Positions 29,626 to 38,344 of a stretch of 64,000 bases of DNA are shown here, piece by piece. The stretch is from Verrucomicrobiota bacterium (GTDB lineage: Bacteria > Verrucomicrobiota > Verrucomicrobiia > Limisphaerales > UBA1100). The notes beneath the pieces were generated by a model, which was not told where the DNA came from, ran no database searches, and saw only the letters and a program-made list of their open reading frames with translations. Both the position numbers and the translations under genes were made by a program. The stretch lies in contig JAOLZA010000004.1 of the NCBI GenBank assembly GCA_028343615.1, forward strand, positions 8,697-72,696. Direction: 5' to 3'. How positions within the stretch are numbered: the first letter of the stretch is position 1; each line of letters begins with the position of its first letter.

Positions 29626-29899
29626 GGCAAATAATTCTATGCAAAAATACGAATCCAGATTTAAGTTAGGGCAAAATGGTATATATTCTCCAGAAAGAAC
29701 TTTTCTGCCAACAACTGGGATCAGGATCTTACGGTCCGGACAGATTCTATCTCACCATATTAGTTGATAAAAGGCTAGGGAGGATTTGTGCCGCATGCAA
29801 CTTTCAAACTTGGGCAAAGCGGTATTGGTGCGAGGGAGTTGTCGTTTCCCGAGCATACTCGGAAACCAAGCGGATCTAGTCGATATATCACCGGTCGCG

Positions 29900-30643
29900 C
29901 TAAGGTTTGATGAATTGTCGGCCGGTGTAGTCCAAATACTTCAGGTCCACTTGAATATTTCTTTGGTCAAAAAATTCGTGCAATGCCTTGCGCGCCCCGG
30001 CCCAGTGACCATAATCGTCTATTTGAATTACACCCCCTGATGAAACTTTATCGTACAGTTGTTCAAGGCACACCCAAGTGCTATCGTGCCAATCACCATC
30101 CAGATGGAGCAGAGCAATTTGTTGGATTTCTGAACAGGGCAACGTGTTTTGAAATAATCCCTTAACCATTTGGACGTCATCAAGAATTTGAAATTTTTCA
30201 AACAATCTCCGCACTTCATCATAATCTCCGCGGCAATCCCCTTCAAAGGATTTGGCTAAATCAAAGTCGGGGTCTTCTTGGCTGGGGGCTGGCAATCCTT
30301 CAAACGTGTCATAAACCCAAATTTTTCGGGACGTTTGGATTTGGCGACAGGTCAATCCCATTAAAGCCGCGCAGCCTCCGCGCGCGGTTCCACATTCCAC
30401 CAAATCTCCCTTCACTTTCCGGCGAATCACATCTTGCACGCCACGAAAAATTCCCTTCAGACGGGGGTGGCTCATCATACTGAAAGGGCTGACCTGTTTG
30501 TATAAACGGCCAAATTCACCTGGGGCAACGTGGTCTCGAAAGCCCCCCAATCGATTTAGGAAATCTGCCCAGCGATTACGCTGCTTCTTGCGCTCTGCCT
30601 TGAACAATTCGTGGGAGGTGCCTACTGGAGGTGAATTCGTCAC
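29900..30643 (-). CDS. TylF/macrocin-O-methyltransferase-family sugar O-methyltransferase
   Basis: GDLVECGTARGG and LLHLDGDWHDSTWVCLEQLYDKVSSGGVIQIDDYGHWAGARKALHEF. Confidence 0.8.
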   Translation of the reverse strand: MTNSPPVGTSHELFKAERKKQRNRWADFLNRLGGFRDHVAPGEFGRLYKQVSPFSMMSHPRLKGIFRGVQDVIRRKVKGDLVECGTARGGCAALMGLTCRQIQTSRKIWVYDTFEGLPAPSQEDPDFDLAKSFEGDCRGDYDEVRRLFEKFQILDDVQMVKGLFQNTLPCSEIQQIALLHLDGDWHDSTWVCLEQLYDKVSSGGVIQIDDYGHWAGARKALHEFFDQRNIQVDLKYLDYTGRQFIKP

Positions 30644-30844
30644 GTGCTGGGATCATAGGCGGTTGCTCTTAAAATTCAAGCCGAAGAGAGGTGTCCCTGC
30701 ATTTTCGCCGGAATTTTATCCTGCCTGAAAGGGCTTGCTGTAGGGATCGGCGTTTTTTACCATCCAGAAGGAGGTGTCGCCGACCCTTGCCGTACTTTGT
30801 CAACCTAAATACGTTGCGTTTCCAACTGGGAAAAATCTTAGATC

Positions 30845-31522
30845 ATGGGTAGCCGCCCCTGTGCAAATACGTTGAAGCCAGAAATGACCGATGAGGAATT
30901 GTCGGGATTAAGGGAATGGTCTCAATCGGCAAATCTGAATGGCAGACATTTGGAAATTGGTACTGCGGCAGGAGGCACGCTATGCTTCATGATGAATTGC
31001 TTTGAGGCCAATGCGTGCCCGGAATTTACCGTGGTGGACACGATGAGCTATTTTGCCGGTCAGTTAGATATTGTAAAACGCAATTTGTCCCAGAACGGAT
31101 TAGACACGCGGCCGGTCGATTTTCTTGTCATGTCCAGTGATGCGGCGTTTGCTCGTGCGGAGGCGGAGGGCGCGCGTTTTGATTTCATTTTGGTTGATGC
31201 CTCGCACAAGATTCGCCATGTGATGGCGGACTTGCGTTGGTTGCGTCTGCTTAATGTTGGAGGGCTGGCATGTTTTCATGATTACACCGCCAGATTCAAG
31301 GGGGTGCGCTGGCCAATCGATAGGTTCCTGCAACGCAACTCGCAATTTAGTCGGGTGGCGTTGGCGGGTAGCTTGCTCTGTATTCGCAGGGATACGACTT
31401 CTGCACGATCGGAAGTCACGTCATGCGACCGCATATGGGCGTCGCTGTGGTCCCCCATCTTGCAACTTGACTTGAGTTTGCAGAAACGACTCAAGTCAAA
31501 ACGCAACTCCCGTCCGGAATGA
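30845..31522 (+). CDS. Class I SAM-dependent methyltransferase (Methyltransf_24-like)
   Basis: HLEIGTAAGGTL, FDFILVDASH, LLNVGGLACFHDY. Confidence 0.7.
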   Translation: MGSRPCANTLKPEMTDEELSGLREWSQSANLNGRHLEIGTAAGGTLCFMMNCFEANACPEFTVVDTMSYFAGQLDIVKRNLSQNGLDTRPVDFLVMSSDAAFARAEAEGARFDFILVDASHKIRHVMADLRWLRLLNVGGLACFHDYTARFKGVRWPIDRFLQRNSQFSRVALAGSLLCIRRDTTSARSEVTSCDRIWASLWSPILQLDLSLQKRLKSKRNSRPE

Positions 31523-32655
31523 GCACCCAACGGTCATGGCGGATTGTGCACTCGGAGGCTTCTCTTGGCTGGGGAGGGCAAGAGCATCGTGTGTTAGCGG
31601 AGTTAATCGGTTTCCGAAAACGGGGAGCTTGGGTTGCATTGTTGGCTCCTGAGAATAGTGAGATTTTCCAACGTGCGAGGGTCGACGGAATCAAAGTTCA
31701 AATACTCGATACTCGAAAGTTTAGATACCTCTTCACCGCGCTGCGCCTGAAACGGTGGCTGCGGGCAAACAATGTCCAGGTGGTCAACACCCATAGCTCG
31801 CGGGACGGGTATTTGGTGGGTGCGGCTGCCCGATTGGCGCGGGTGCCGTTGTTGATTCGCTCGCGGCATATCGATGTGGACTATCCTAATCCGCGGATCA
31901 GCCGCCATGCCTTTACGACTTTCGCGGATCACGTGTTGACAACCAGCGAGAAAATCACCGGCCACCTCAAGTCCACATTTTGTCTTCAGGACGACCACGT
32001 CTCAACCGTTCCCACCGGGATTGATTTGGCAAGATTTGCGCCCGACGGCCCGAAGGCGGATTTGTTCGAGGAGAGCAACCCGGATCAGTATCCAGTCGTG
32101 GGAATGGTCTCGGTCTTGCGTTCATGGAAAGGGCATTCGGTTTTTCTTGAGGCGGCGAATTTGCTGAAGGCTCAGGGCGTCAAGGCCCGTTATGTCATTG
32201 TTGGGGAAGGCCCGGTACGAGAATCGGTTCTTCAGAAAATTTCCGAATGTAATTTGAGTGCGGAAACCTCACTCACGGGCTATCGGGAGGACATCCCCGA
32301 AGTGCTTCGAGCACTGGATGTACTAGCCATCCCATCGACTGGACATGAGGGTATCCCGCAAATCGGGTTGCAGGCACTGGCTTGTGGAACATCGGTGGTG
32401 GGAAGTGATGCGGGGGGGATTCCCGAGATCATCCAACCCGGGGAAACGGGACGGATTGTAAAGACAAGTGATGCCGGGCAGTTGGCCGATGCCATTGCGA
32501 CTTCACTTATGGACAAGGAGGAATCACTTCGGATGGCGGCCAATGGTCGGCAACTGGTCGAGCACAGTCACGGGGTTGGTCATATGCTGAATCGACTTGA
32601 GAATATTTACGCAGGTTATGTAGGGGTGAGTCAACCAATGAGGATTCTGTCGTAG
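31519..32655 (+). CDS. Glycosyltransferase family 4 (GT-B)
   Basis: WRIVHSEASLGWGGQEHRVL, VSVLRSWKGH, EGIPQIGLQALACGTSVVGSDAGGIPEII. Confidence 0.8.
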   Translation: MSTQRSWRIVHSEASLGWGGQEHRVLAELIGFRKRGAWVALLAPENSEIFQRARVDGIKVQILDTRKFRYLFTALRLKRWLRANNVQVVNTHSSRDGYLVGAAARLARVPLLIRSRHIDVDYPNPRISRHAFTTFADHVLTTSEKITGHLKSTFCLQDDHVSTVPTGIDLARFAPDGPKADLFEESNPDQYPVVGMVSVLRSWKGHSVFLEAANLLKAQGVKARYVIVGEGPVRESVLQKISECNLSAETSLTGYREDIPEVLRALDVLAIPSTGHEGIPQIGLQALACGTSVVGSDAGGIPEIIQPGETGRIVKTSDAGQLADAIATSLMDKEESLRMAANGRQLVEHSHGVGHMLNRLENIYAGYVGVSQPMRILS

Positions 32656-32717
32656 AGGAAATGATGTTCAAAGTCACTTAGGTTTGATATGGGTGGGCGG
32701 CGTTTGTTGCCCATCGC

Positions 32718-33407
32718 ATGAAACAAAATCAGTCTAAAACTCAAGTTTCGGAATTCTACGAGGAGTTCCAGTCTCATGGGAAATATGACTACTTATATGG
32801 CGATGAAGACCGTAAAGAACTTTATGTAGATCTGATTGGAAAGGGCCATCGTATTCTCGAGGTGGGCTGCCGCGCCGGCAACTTAACCCAATACTTCCAC
32901 GAGGGTAATGAGGTGGTGGGCATTGATGTCGATCGCAACGCGCTTAAGGAATTTACCAAGCGCCTAGGCCTGACAGGCCATTGGGTTGATGCGGATTCAG
33001 AGGACTTCCCGTTTGATGACGCGCAATTTGACGTGGTGGTCTTCTCGGAGGTGATGGAGCATTTGCGTTTCCCGAAAAAGGCACTCAAGGAAATTGCCCG
33101 CGTGTTAAAGCCGGATGGGCGGCTGATTGGATCCGTCCCAAATGCGTTTCGGCTCCGCAATCGTCTGAAATTCTTGTTGGGAAAGCCATACGAAGTTGAC
33201 GCCTCCCACTTGAGATCTTATTCGCATACCTTGTTGCATAAAGAATTGTCCTCATGCTTCGAACAAATTGATATTCATCCCATCTCTGGCCACTTGTTAG
33301 GCGGAGGTAGCACGGGCATCCCGGTATACACTTGGCTGCCGTTCCGCATCCGGGCGCTGTTTGCATTGGATCTCGTGTTTGTTGGCGTGGGGAAAAACGT
33401 GAAATAA
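32718..33407 (+). CDS. Class I SAM-dependent methyltransferase (Methyltransf_11-like)
   Basis: ILEVGCRAGNL (motif I), FDVVVFSEVMEHL, LKPDGRLIGSVPN. Confidence 0.75.
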   Translation: MKQNQSKTQVSEFYEEFQSHGKYDYLYGDEDRKELYVDLIGKGHRILEVGCRAGNLTQYFHEGNEVVGIDVDRNALKEFTKRLGLTGHWVDADSEDFPFDDAQFDVVVFSEVMEHLRFPKKALKEIARVLKPDGRLIGSVPNAFRLRNRLKFLLGKPYEVDASHLRSYSHTLLHKELSSCFEQIDIHPISGHLLGGGSTGIPVYTWLPFRIRALFALDLVFVGVGKNVK

Positions 33408-34501
33408 TGAACATCGCCTTGGCACGCAGGGAGTTTGGTGCGGGCGGGGGAGCAGAGTTATATTTGCAACGGCTCATCGGTGCTTTGCGGGATAAAGGGC
33501 ACGAGGTGGTGTTGGTCACCGCGGATGCGAAGGCGAAACCGGAGGGTGTGGAAGTGCGGCGGGTGCCGCTTTTCGGCAGTCGTTCGGCGCGTATTGCGCA
33601 GTTCGACGCCGGCGTGCAAACGGTGCTGGCGAGCAAACCCGTGGATTGCCTGTTCAGCCTCGAGCGACTTAGCCGACAGGATGTATTGCGGGCGGGCGAT
33701 GGGGTGCACGCCTCGTGGATGGAACAGCGGCGGCGGTTTTCGCCGGCGTGGAAACGCTGGCTGGTGGGACGTGGTGCGTTTCATCGGGCAATGATGGATT
33801 TGGAAACGCGTGCGTACTCGCCCGCCAATACCCGCCATTTGATTATCAATTCCGAAATGGTGGCGCGTGATGTTCGCGCGCGGTTTGGGTTTCCGGATGA
33901 GCGGGTACACATGGTGCGTAATGGGGTGGAGTTGGAGCGTTGGCAGCGAGGTGACCGCGAAGCTCAACGTGCAAAGTGGGGATTGAGGCCGGATGAATTT
34001 CTGCTGCTGTTCGCCGGCTCCGGTTGGGAACGGAAAGGGTTGCCCTTTGTCATTGCTGCACTGGAAAAAATATCGGATTCCAGCCTCAAGCTTGTTGTTG
34101 CCGGAAAGGGCCGGTCACCTCGTAATGCACCGTCGGGCGTCCGGTTTGTGGGGCCTATGGCAGATTTAGAAAACGCGTATGCGGCGGCGGATTTATTTGT
34201 ATTTCCTCCCGTTTATGAGCCTTCGGCCAATGTAGTGTTTGAGGCATTGGCGGCGGGGTTGCCTGTGGTGACGAGCGCTTGCAACGGCGCGGCGGAGGTG
34301 ATTGAGGAAGGAATCAACGGCACCGTGGTGACGGCCCCCTCAGACATCGAAGCACTCGTTGATGCGATCCAATCCTGGCGTGCGTGTCCTAATGCGCGAC
34401 CGGTACCGGTGAAGGCGGACTTGAGTTTGGAACGCAATGTGCGCGAGACTTTGGCGGTGTTGGAATTAGCGGCGGCTGAGAGGGCCGCAGAGGAACGATG
34501 A
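33407..34501 (+). CDS. Glycosyltransferase family 4 (WaaG/RfaG-like)
   Basis: The start is at MNIALARREFGAGGGAELYLQRL (TAATG overlap at 33405-33409). YEPSANVVFEALAAGLPVVTS is an EX7E-like motif. Confidence 0.8.
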   Translation: MNIALARREFGAGGGAELYLQRLIGALRDKGHEVVLVTADAKAKPEGVEVRRVPLFGSRSARIAQFDAGVQTVLASKPVDCLFSLERLSRQDVLRAGDGVHASWMEQRRRFSPAWKRWLVGRGAFHRAMMDLETRAYSPANTRHLIINSEMVARDVRARFGFPDERVHMVRNGVELERWQRGDREAQRAKWGLRPDEFLLLFAGSGWERKGLPFVIAALEKISDSSLKLVVAGKGRSPRNAPSGVRFVGPMADLENAYAAADLFVFPPVYEPSANVVFEALAAGLPVVTSACNGAAEVIEEGINGTVVTAPSDIEALVDAIQSWRACPNARPVPVKADLSLERNVRETLAVLELAAAERAAEER

Positions 34502-35259
34502 AAATTTCACTTTGCATTATTACCAAGAATGAAGAGTCGAATTTGCGGCGGTGTCTCACGAGTGTGGCGTTGGTAGTGGATGAGATTATTGTGGTGGATT
34601 CGGGGAGCACGGATGGTACGGAGGAGGTGGCGCGGGAATTTGGGGCGCAGTGGGTGCATCAGGATTGGTTAGGGTTTATGGCACAGAAAAATCATGCGCT
34701 GAGTTTAGCGAACCACGATTGGGTTCTTAGTCTCGATGCGGATGAGGCGTTGTCGGGAGATTTGTTTTCGGAATTGCTTACGTTGAAGGAGGTGCGGTTT
34801 CCAGAAGGCATCATTGGATTCAGTTTACCGCGCTGTGTGTTGTATGAGGGCAAATGGATTCGGCGTGGGGATTGGTATCCGGACCGGCTGGTGCGGCTGT
34901 TCAAAAATGGCGTGGGCAAGTTTGCCGGGGGCAAGGTGCACGAGCGGCTGGAAATAGAGGGGGCAGTGCAGGAACTGGAAGGCGAACTTGAGCATCATTC
35001 GTTCCGCGACGTGGTCGATCACTGGTCGCGCTGCGAAACGTATGCCCAGCTTTGGGCGGAGATGAAGTTTGAAGAAGGGAAAAAGGTTAGTCGGCTCGAT
35101 GGATCAATTCACGCAGCGATTCGTTGGGTGCGTGGTTATTTGCTTCGCGGCGGGTTTTTGGATGGCGTGCAAGGTTGGCAAATTGCCCGCCTCAACTCGC
35201 GCGAGGTGAGACTGAAATATCGGTTGCTAAGGCAGATGAACATTGCCGCGCGTGAGTGA
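34498..35259 (+). CDS. Glycosyltransferase family 2 (LPS-core WaaE/KdtX-like)
   Basis: ISLCIITKNEESNLRRCL, IIVVDSGSTDGT, LSLDADE. Confidence 0.8.
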   Translation: MKISLCIITKNEESNLRRCLTSVALVVDEIIVVDSGSTDGTEEVAREFGAQWVHQDWLGFMAQKNHALSLANHDWVLSLDADEALSGDLFSELLTLKEVRFPEGIIGFSLPRCVLYEGKWIRRGDWYPDRLVRLFKNGVGKFAGGKVHERLEIEGAVQELEGELEHHSFRDVVDHWSRCETYAQLWAEMKFEEGKKVSRLDGSIHAAIRWVRGYLLRGGFLDGVQGWQIARLNSREVRLKYRLLRQMNIAARE

Positions 35260-35279
35260 GTGGCTTACAAGGCGGGCGC

Positions 35280-37133
35280 ATGGAAAATATCCGGCAAATT
35301 TTCGATTTCGGCTGGCCCTATGTGCGGCGGTACTGGGGGCGATTGGCGCTGGGCATTTTGTTGGGCGTGGCGTTCGGTTTGTTTAACGCTACTTTCGTTT
35401 GGGGTACCAAGACGCTTTTCGAACGGCTCGAGCCGGTGGAAACCACAGTGGACATCCCCCAAGCGGACGCTGTGCCGGGCGCGTGGAAGGCGAAGCTCAA
35501 CGCGCTGAACGAGCGAGCGCTGGCGGTGGCGGATGGGTGGCTGCCGCGCGTGGGGGTGCCGCTGGAGACGAAGCAGATCATCGGCGGTCTGATGTTTCTT
35601 CCGGTTCTAGTTTTTTTCCGAAGCGGCATTGGCTACGCGAGCGTTTATTGTCTGGGGTGGGTCAGCGAATATGCGGTGCGCGACATCAAGCTCGATGCCC
35701 ACAAAAAATTACAGGGATTGTCCATAGATTATTATCATGCTCGACAATTAGGCGATCACACGATGCTAATCAACCGTGGTGCGGGGTCATTGCACCGGTG
35801 CCTTACTTACGGCGTCGCCGATGCTATTAAGGAGCCGTTCACGATTCTCGGTTTAGTGGTGGCGATGTTTCTGCTTGATTGGCAACTAGCTTTGTTCGGG
35901 ATAATGTTCGCGCCGCTGAGCGCGGTCCCGATTGTACTGGTGGGCCGCAAGCTGCGGCGTGTGGCCAAAGTGGGTTACGACAAAGGTACGGAGCAGGATA
36001 GCCTGATGGTGGAGGTGTATACCAACATGCGCACCATCAAGGCTTATGGGCTGGAGCGGTTGCAGCAAAGTCGGTTTTCGGAGATTTACCAAAAGCTGGC
36101 GAGCGTGGGCATGAAATCATTACAGGCGAGGCACCTGCAAAACCCGGTCATTGAATTACTCAGCATGTTTGGTGCGGGGATGATTATTTTATTCGTGTTC
36201 CACACTGGAAAATCCGCGCCGCAGTTGGTGGGCTTTCTCACGGGGATGATTATGCTGTATCAACCGATCAAAAAACTTGGCGGCATCAACGCGTATTATC
36301 AGGAGGCATCCGTGGGTGTGGGGATGTTGCGCGAGGTGTTTGAAACTCAGCCTACGGTGGAAGAGGTGGTGGAGGCAAAGGCGTTACCGCGTTTGCGGGA
36401 AAGTCTCAAATTTGAAGCGGTGGATTTTAGTTATGGTGATGAGCCGGTGTTGTGTGAGCTGTCCGTGGATTTGCCTAAGGGCACGAAGCTGGGGGTAGTG
36501 GGCGAGAGTGGCGCGGGGAAGAGTACTTTGGTGAGTTTGTTACTACGGTTTTATGATCCTACGGGGGGGCGAATTATGATTGATGGCGCGGATATTCGGG
36601 AGGCGTCATTCGAAAGCTTGCGCGGGCAAATGGCGTTGGTGAGTCAGGAAATTGTGATTTTCAATCAGTCGGTGGCCGACAACATTGCGTGCGGCAAACT
36701 GGCCGCCACGCGCGAGGACATCATCGCCGCGGCCAAGGCGGCGAATGCGCACGAGTTTATCGAGGGCTTACCCGAGGGCTACGACACGCACTTGGGCGAA
36801 CAGGGTACCCGGCTTTCGGGCGGCCAACGCCAGCGAATTGCCATCGCGCGGGCGTTTGTGCGGCAGGCGCCGATTTTGATTTTGGATGAGGCGACGGCTT
36901 CGCTGGATTCCAAGGCGGAGGCGGAGGTGCAGGACGCGATCGATCGCTTGGAGGAGGGGCGCACTGTGGTGTGCGTTGCCCATAGACTTTCCACATTGCG
37001 CAGCATGGATCGCATCATTGTGCTGGATGCGGGCCGTGTGGTGGAGTCGGGCGGGTTTGCGGAATTGATGGAACGCGAGGGGGCGTTTGCCGAGATGGCG
37101 CGGAAGCAAGGGATTACTTCATCGGCGGTTTAG
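35280..37133 (+). CDS. msbA: Lipid A/lipid-linked glycan export ABC transporter, fused TMD-NBD (MsbA-like)
   Basis: A six-TM exporter domain, then GESGAGKST, LSGGQRQRIAIARAF, ILDEATASLD and VAHRLST. The start could also be the GTG at 35256. Confidence 0.8.
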   Translation: MENIRQIFDFGWPYVRRYWGRLALGILLGVAFGLFNATFVWGTKTLFERLEPVETTVDIPQADAVPGAWKAKLNALNERALAVADGWLPRVGVPLETKQIIGGLMFLPVLVFFRSGIGYASVYCLGWVSEYAVRDIKLDAHKKLQGLSIDYYHARQLGDHTMLINRGAGSLHRCLTYGVADAIKEPFTILGLVVAMFLLDWQLALFGIMFAPLSAVPIVLVGRKLRRVAKVGYDKGTEQDSLMVEVYTNMRTIKAYGLERLQQSRFSEIYQKLASVGMKSLQARHLQNPVIELLSMFGAGMIILFVFHTGKSAPQLVGFLTGMIMLYQPIKKLGGINAYYQEASVGVGMLREVFETQPTVEEVVEAKALPRLRESLKFEAVDFSYGDEPVLCELSVDLPKGTKLGVVGESGAGKSTLVSLLLRFYDPTGGRIMIDGADIREASFESLRGQMALVSQEIVIFNQSVADNIACGKLAATREDIIAAAKAANAHEFIEGLPEGYDTHLGEQGTRLSGGQRQRIAIARAFVRQAPILILDEATASLDSKAEAEVQDAIDRLEEGRTVVCVAHRLSTLRSMDRIIVLDAGRVVESGGFAELMEREGAFAEMARKQGITSSAV

Positions 37134-37149
37134 CGGCATCATTTTCCCT

Positions 37150-38031
37150 TCAAGCGGGGATAGCTGCGGGCACTATCATTGGCTGCGGCATTCCATTGAA
37201 GGTGGCGGGCACTTGTTGCACGCCAAGGATGGTGTGCAGTTGCGCGTTGAGAATGGTCATGTTCGGGTAGCGCTGATCGGGTGAATGGGCGAGGCAGCGG
37301 AGGATGAGTTGGCTGAGCGCGATTGGCACTTCGGGATTGATGCGGTTGGGTGGCTTCACGGGGAAATTTTCATCGAGCTGATTGCGGAGGGCCTCATCGG
37401 GCGTGCGGCCACTGAAGGGTTTGCGGTGGGTGAGCAGCTCGTACATGGTGGCGCCAAAGGCGTAGATGTCGGCGCGCTGGTCAATTTTCTCATTCTTCAA
37501 TTGCTCAGGTGGCATGCACGAGGGTGTGCCGGAGGCGCGGGAAAACTTTTTGGGTTGGCGCGGTATTTTTTGCGCTGTATCGAAATCCAGTAAACTCACG
37601 TGGCCGTTGAGTGAGATCATTAGGTTCTCTGGTTTGAGGTCCAAATGCATCCAGCCGTGGTCGTGCAGGTGGTTGATGCCGTCGGCGGCTTGGATGATTA
37701 CATCGGCTACGTTGTCCACGAGATGATCGTGATCGCGCATGAGTAATTCCTTCAGGTTCGCGCCTTGGATGAATTCCAGAACCATGAAGGGCAGTCCATC
37801 TGCTTTGCCGTGGTTGATGTAACGAACCACGTTCGGGTGCGGTGCTAGCTTTCGAAGCACCCCGAGACCGGCTTTGAAAAGCTTGGGAGCGTTGGATTGC
37901 TTGAGCACGCGCCGCCGAAGCCTTCGTACAGCGACTACGTTCTCATGTTCGTCGGTTGCGAGCCAAATTTCCGTGATTCCACCCTGATTTACGCAGTCGT
38001 GTAGCCGATACTTCCCAAATTTCTGTGCCAT
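37150..38031 (-). CDS. Stand-alone Hanks-type Ser/Thr protein kinase domain with degenerate catalytic motifs
   Basis: HLDLKPEN (HRD to HLD), LLDFDTA (DFG to DFD), GTPSCMPPE (APE-like). VAVRRL sits where VAIK is expected. The G-loop is NQGGITEI. There are no extra domains. Confidence 0.75.
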   Translation of the reverse strand: MAQKFGKYRLHDCVNQGGITEIWLATDEHENVVAVRRLRRRVLKQSNAPKLFKAGLGVLRKLAPHPNVVRYINHGKADGLPFMVLEFIQGANLKELLMRDHDHLVDNVADVIIQAADGINHLHDHGWMHLDLKPENLMISLNGHVSLLDFDTAQKIPRQPKKFSRASGTPSCMPPEQLKNEKIDQRADIYAFGATMYELLTHRKPFSGRTPDEALRNQLDENFPVKPPNRINPEVPIALSQLILRCLAHSPDQRYPNMTILNAQLHTILGVQQVPATFNGMPQPMIVPAAIPA

Positions 38032-38213
38032 TTTCTGTTTTTCTAATGAGCAAACGTAGACGCTCCAATATATATATGCGTTTCAACTTAGTTTTCCTTA
38101 CAAAAAAGTGAAATTATTTTTCTTAAAATTGTAACAAACCGCCAAAAACGGCGGTAAACGGGCGCGGAGCATATAGTAAGCAACAAGTGATTCGCTAGGC
38201 TTTCACTAAAGAT

Positions 38214-38243
38214 GTGAATAACTTTGCCGAATGGTGAATAACT
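38214..38243 (+). promoter_or_regulatory. Direct repeat GTGAATAACT x2 with 20-bp periodicity, upstream of the efflux cluster
   Basis: gtgaataact at 38214-38223 and again at 38234-38243 (both preceded by atg/atgg). This lies about 100 nt upstream of TolC-1, in the divergent region shared with the kinase gene. Confidence 0.35.
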
Positions 38244-38344
38244 GTTGTGCCTCACGATCCGCACAGGCATTATGTTCTCGGCGTGTTTGAAACAGTTCCG
38301 AGACCTGTGCGTCTGACTTGCGGTGGGTGTTGCGATATTTTCTG

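Noticed and set aside
24260-29900. The AT-rich island considered as a mobile element or genomic island with mobility genes.
   Set aside because: I saw no integrase, transposase, flanking direct repeats or tRNA. I treat it as a compositionally foreign cassette, not as an annotated mobile element.
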